Assembly: GCA_964016885.1 (NCBI GenBank)
Contig: OZ024740.1
Coordinates: forward strand, 304,420,001 to 304,484,000
Source of the DNA: Eledone cirrhosa
Taxonomy: Eukaryota
Reading direction: 5' to 3'
Length of the DNA: 64,000 nt
Made by a program: the position numbers and the translations under genes
The notes under the pieces: model-generated
The model's input: the letters and a program-made list of their open reading frames with translations, nothing else
Told to the model about the DNA's origin: nothing
Databases searched by the model: none
In this document: in pieces, positions 62,843 to 64,000 of the stretch
Layout: each line of letters starts with the position of its first letter
Position numbering within the stretch: position 1 is the first letter of the stretch

Positions 62843-64000
62843 AACTACTACCACTACACCCATCTGTCACTCATTGTTGACCTAAACAGCATCAATAACT
62901 ACTACCACTACACCCATCTGTCACTCATTGTTGACCTAAAGAGCATCAATAACTACTACCACTACACCCATCTGTCACTCATTGTTGACCTCAACAGCAT
63001 CAATAACTACTACCACTACACCCATCTGTTCACTCATGGTTGACCTAAACAGCATCAATAACTACTACCACTACACCCATCTGTTCACTCATGGTTGACC
63101 TAAACAGCATCAACAACTACTACCATTACACCCATCTGTCACTCATTGTTGACCTAAACAGCATCAACAACTACTACCACTACACCCATCTGTCACTCAT
63201 TGTTGACCTAAACAGCATCAACAACTACTACCACTACACCCATCTGTCACTCATTGTTGACCTAAACAGCATCAATAACTACTACCACTACACCCATCTG
63301 TTCACTCATTGTTGACCTAAACAGCATCAACAACTACTACCACTACACCCATCTGTCACTCATTGTTGACCTAAACAGCATCAATAACTACTACCACTAC
63401 ACCCATCTGTTCAATCATGGTTGACCTAAATAGCATCAATAACTACTACCACTACACCCATCTGTTCACTCATTGTTGACCTAAACAGCATCAATAACTA
63501 CTACCACTACACACATCTGTCACTCATTGTTGACCTAAACAGCATAAATAACTACTACCACTACACCCATCTGTTCACTCATTGTTGACCTAAACAGCAT
63601 CAATAACTGCTACCACTACACCTATCTGTTCACTCATTGTTGACCTAAACAGCATCAATAACTACTACCACTACACCCATCTGTTCAATCATGGTTGACC
63701 TAAATAGCATCAATAACTACTACCACTGCACCCATCTGCTCACTCATGGTTGACCTAAATAGCATCAATAACTACTACCACTACACCCATCTGTTCACTC
63801 ATTGTTGACCTAAACAGCATCAATAACTACTACCACTACACACATCTGTCACTCATTGTTGACCTGAACAGCATAAATAACTACTACCACTACACCCATC
63901 TGTTCACTCATTGTTGACCTAAACAGCATCAATAACTGCTACCACTACACCTATCTGTTCACTCATTGTTGACCTAAACAGCATCAATAACTACTACCAC
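62843..64000. repeat. 54-55 bp minisatellite, about 21 copies, runs off the right edge
   Basis: AACTACTACCACTACACCCATCTGT(T)CACTCATTGTTGACCTAAACAGCATCAAT. Confidence 0.97.

Noticed and set aside
62843-64000. CRISPR-like regular array or repeat protein (NYYHYTHLSLIVDLNSIN)n
   Set aside because: The units are contiguous with no unique spacers, 1-nt indels break the frame, there are no cas genes, and the context is eukaryotic.

Overview
Eukaryotic, AT-rich, microsatellite- and retroelement-dense DNA; the repeat inventory (RTE LINEs with (GAT)n tails, Deu/Nin- and CORE-type tRNA SINEs, TTAA-flanked MITEs) suggests an octopus or other coleoid cephalopod, which is an inference. One host gene is readable on the + strand: an APLF-like gene (aprataxin/PNKP-like factor). 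Its FHA domain is split over exons at 11041, 47023 and 48765, followed by K/E-rich linker exons at 53899, 58610 and 61769, and it continues past the window; intron 1 is about 36 kb. Upstream on the - strand lie a Tx1/L1-clade ORF2 that stays open for 1126 codons to the window edge (absent from the ORF track) and a decayed CR1-like LINE. The introns hold RTE and Expander-like LINEs, a CRE-like fragment, a non-autonomous Helitron, many piggyBac-type MITEs, SINEs and minisatellites. The most unusual signal is a set of fold-back elements at about 57.0-57.9 kb, 44.6-45.5 kb and, as a remnant, 29.6-29.7 kb. Each pairs a type I hammerhead-ribozyme motif with its own antisense copy. The two large ones have a Penelope-style self-complementary stem III and a long stem II, and one lies near a Penelope GIY-YIG endonuclease fragment. 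A perfect 40-bp inverted repeat also brackets APLF exon 3. All calls were made by eye, without folding software or database searches.
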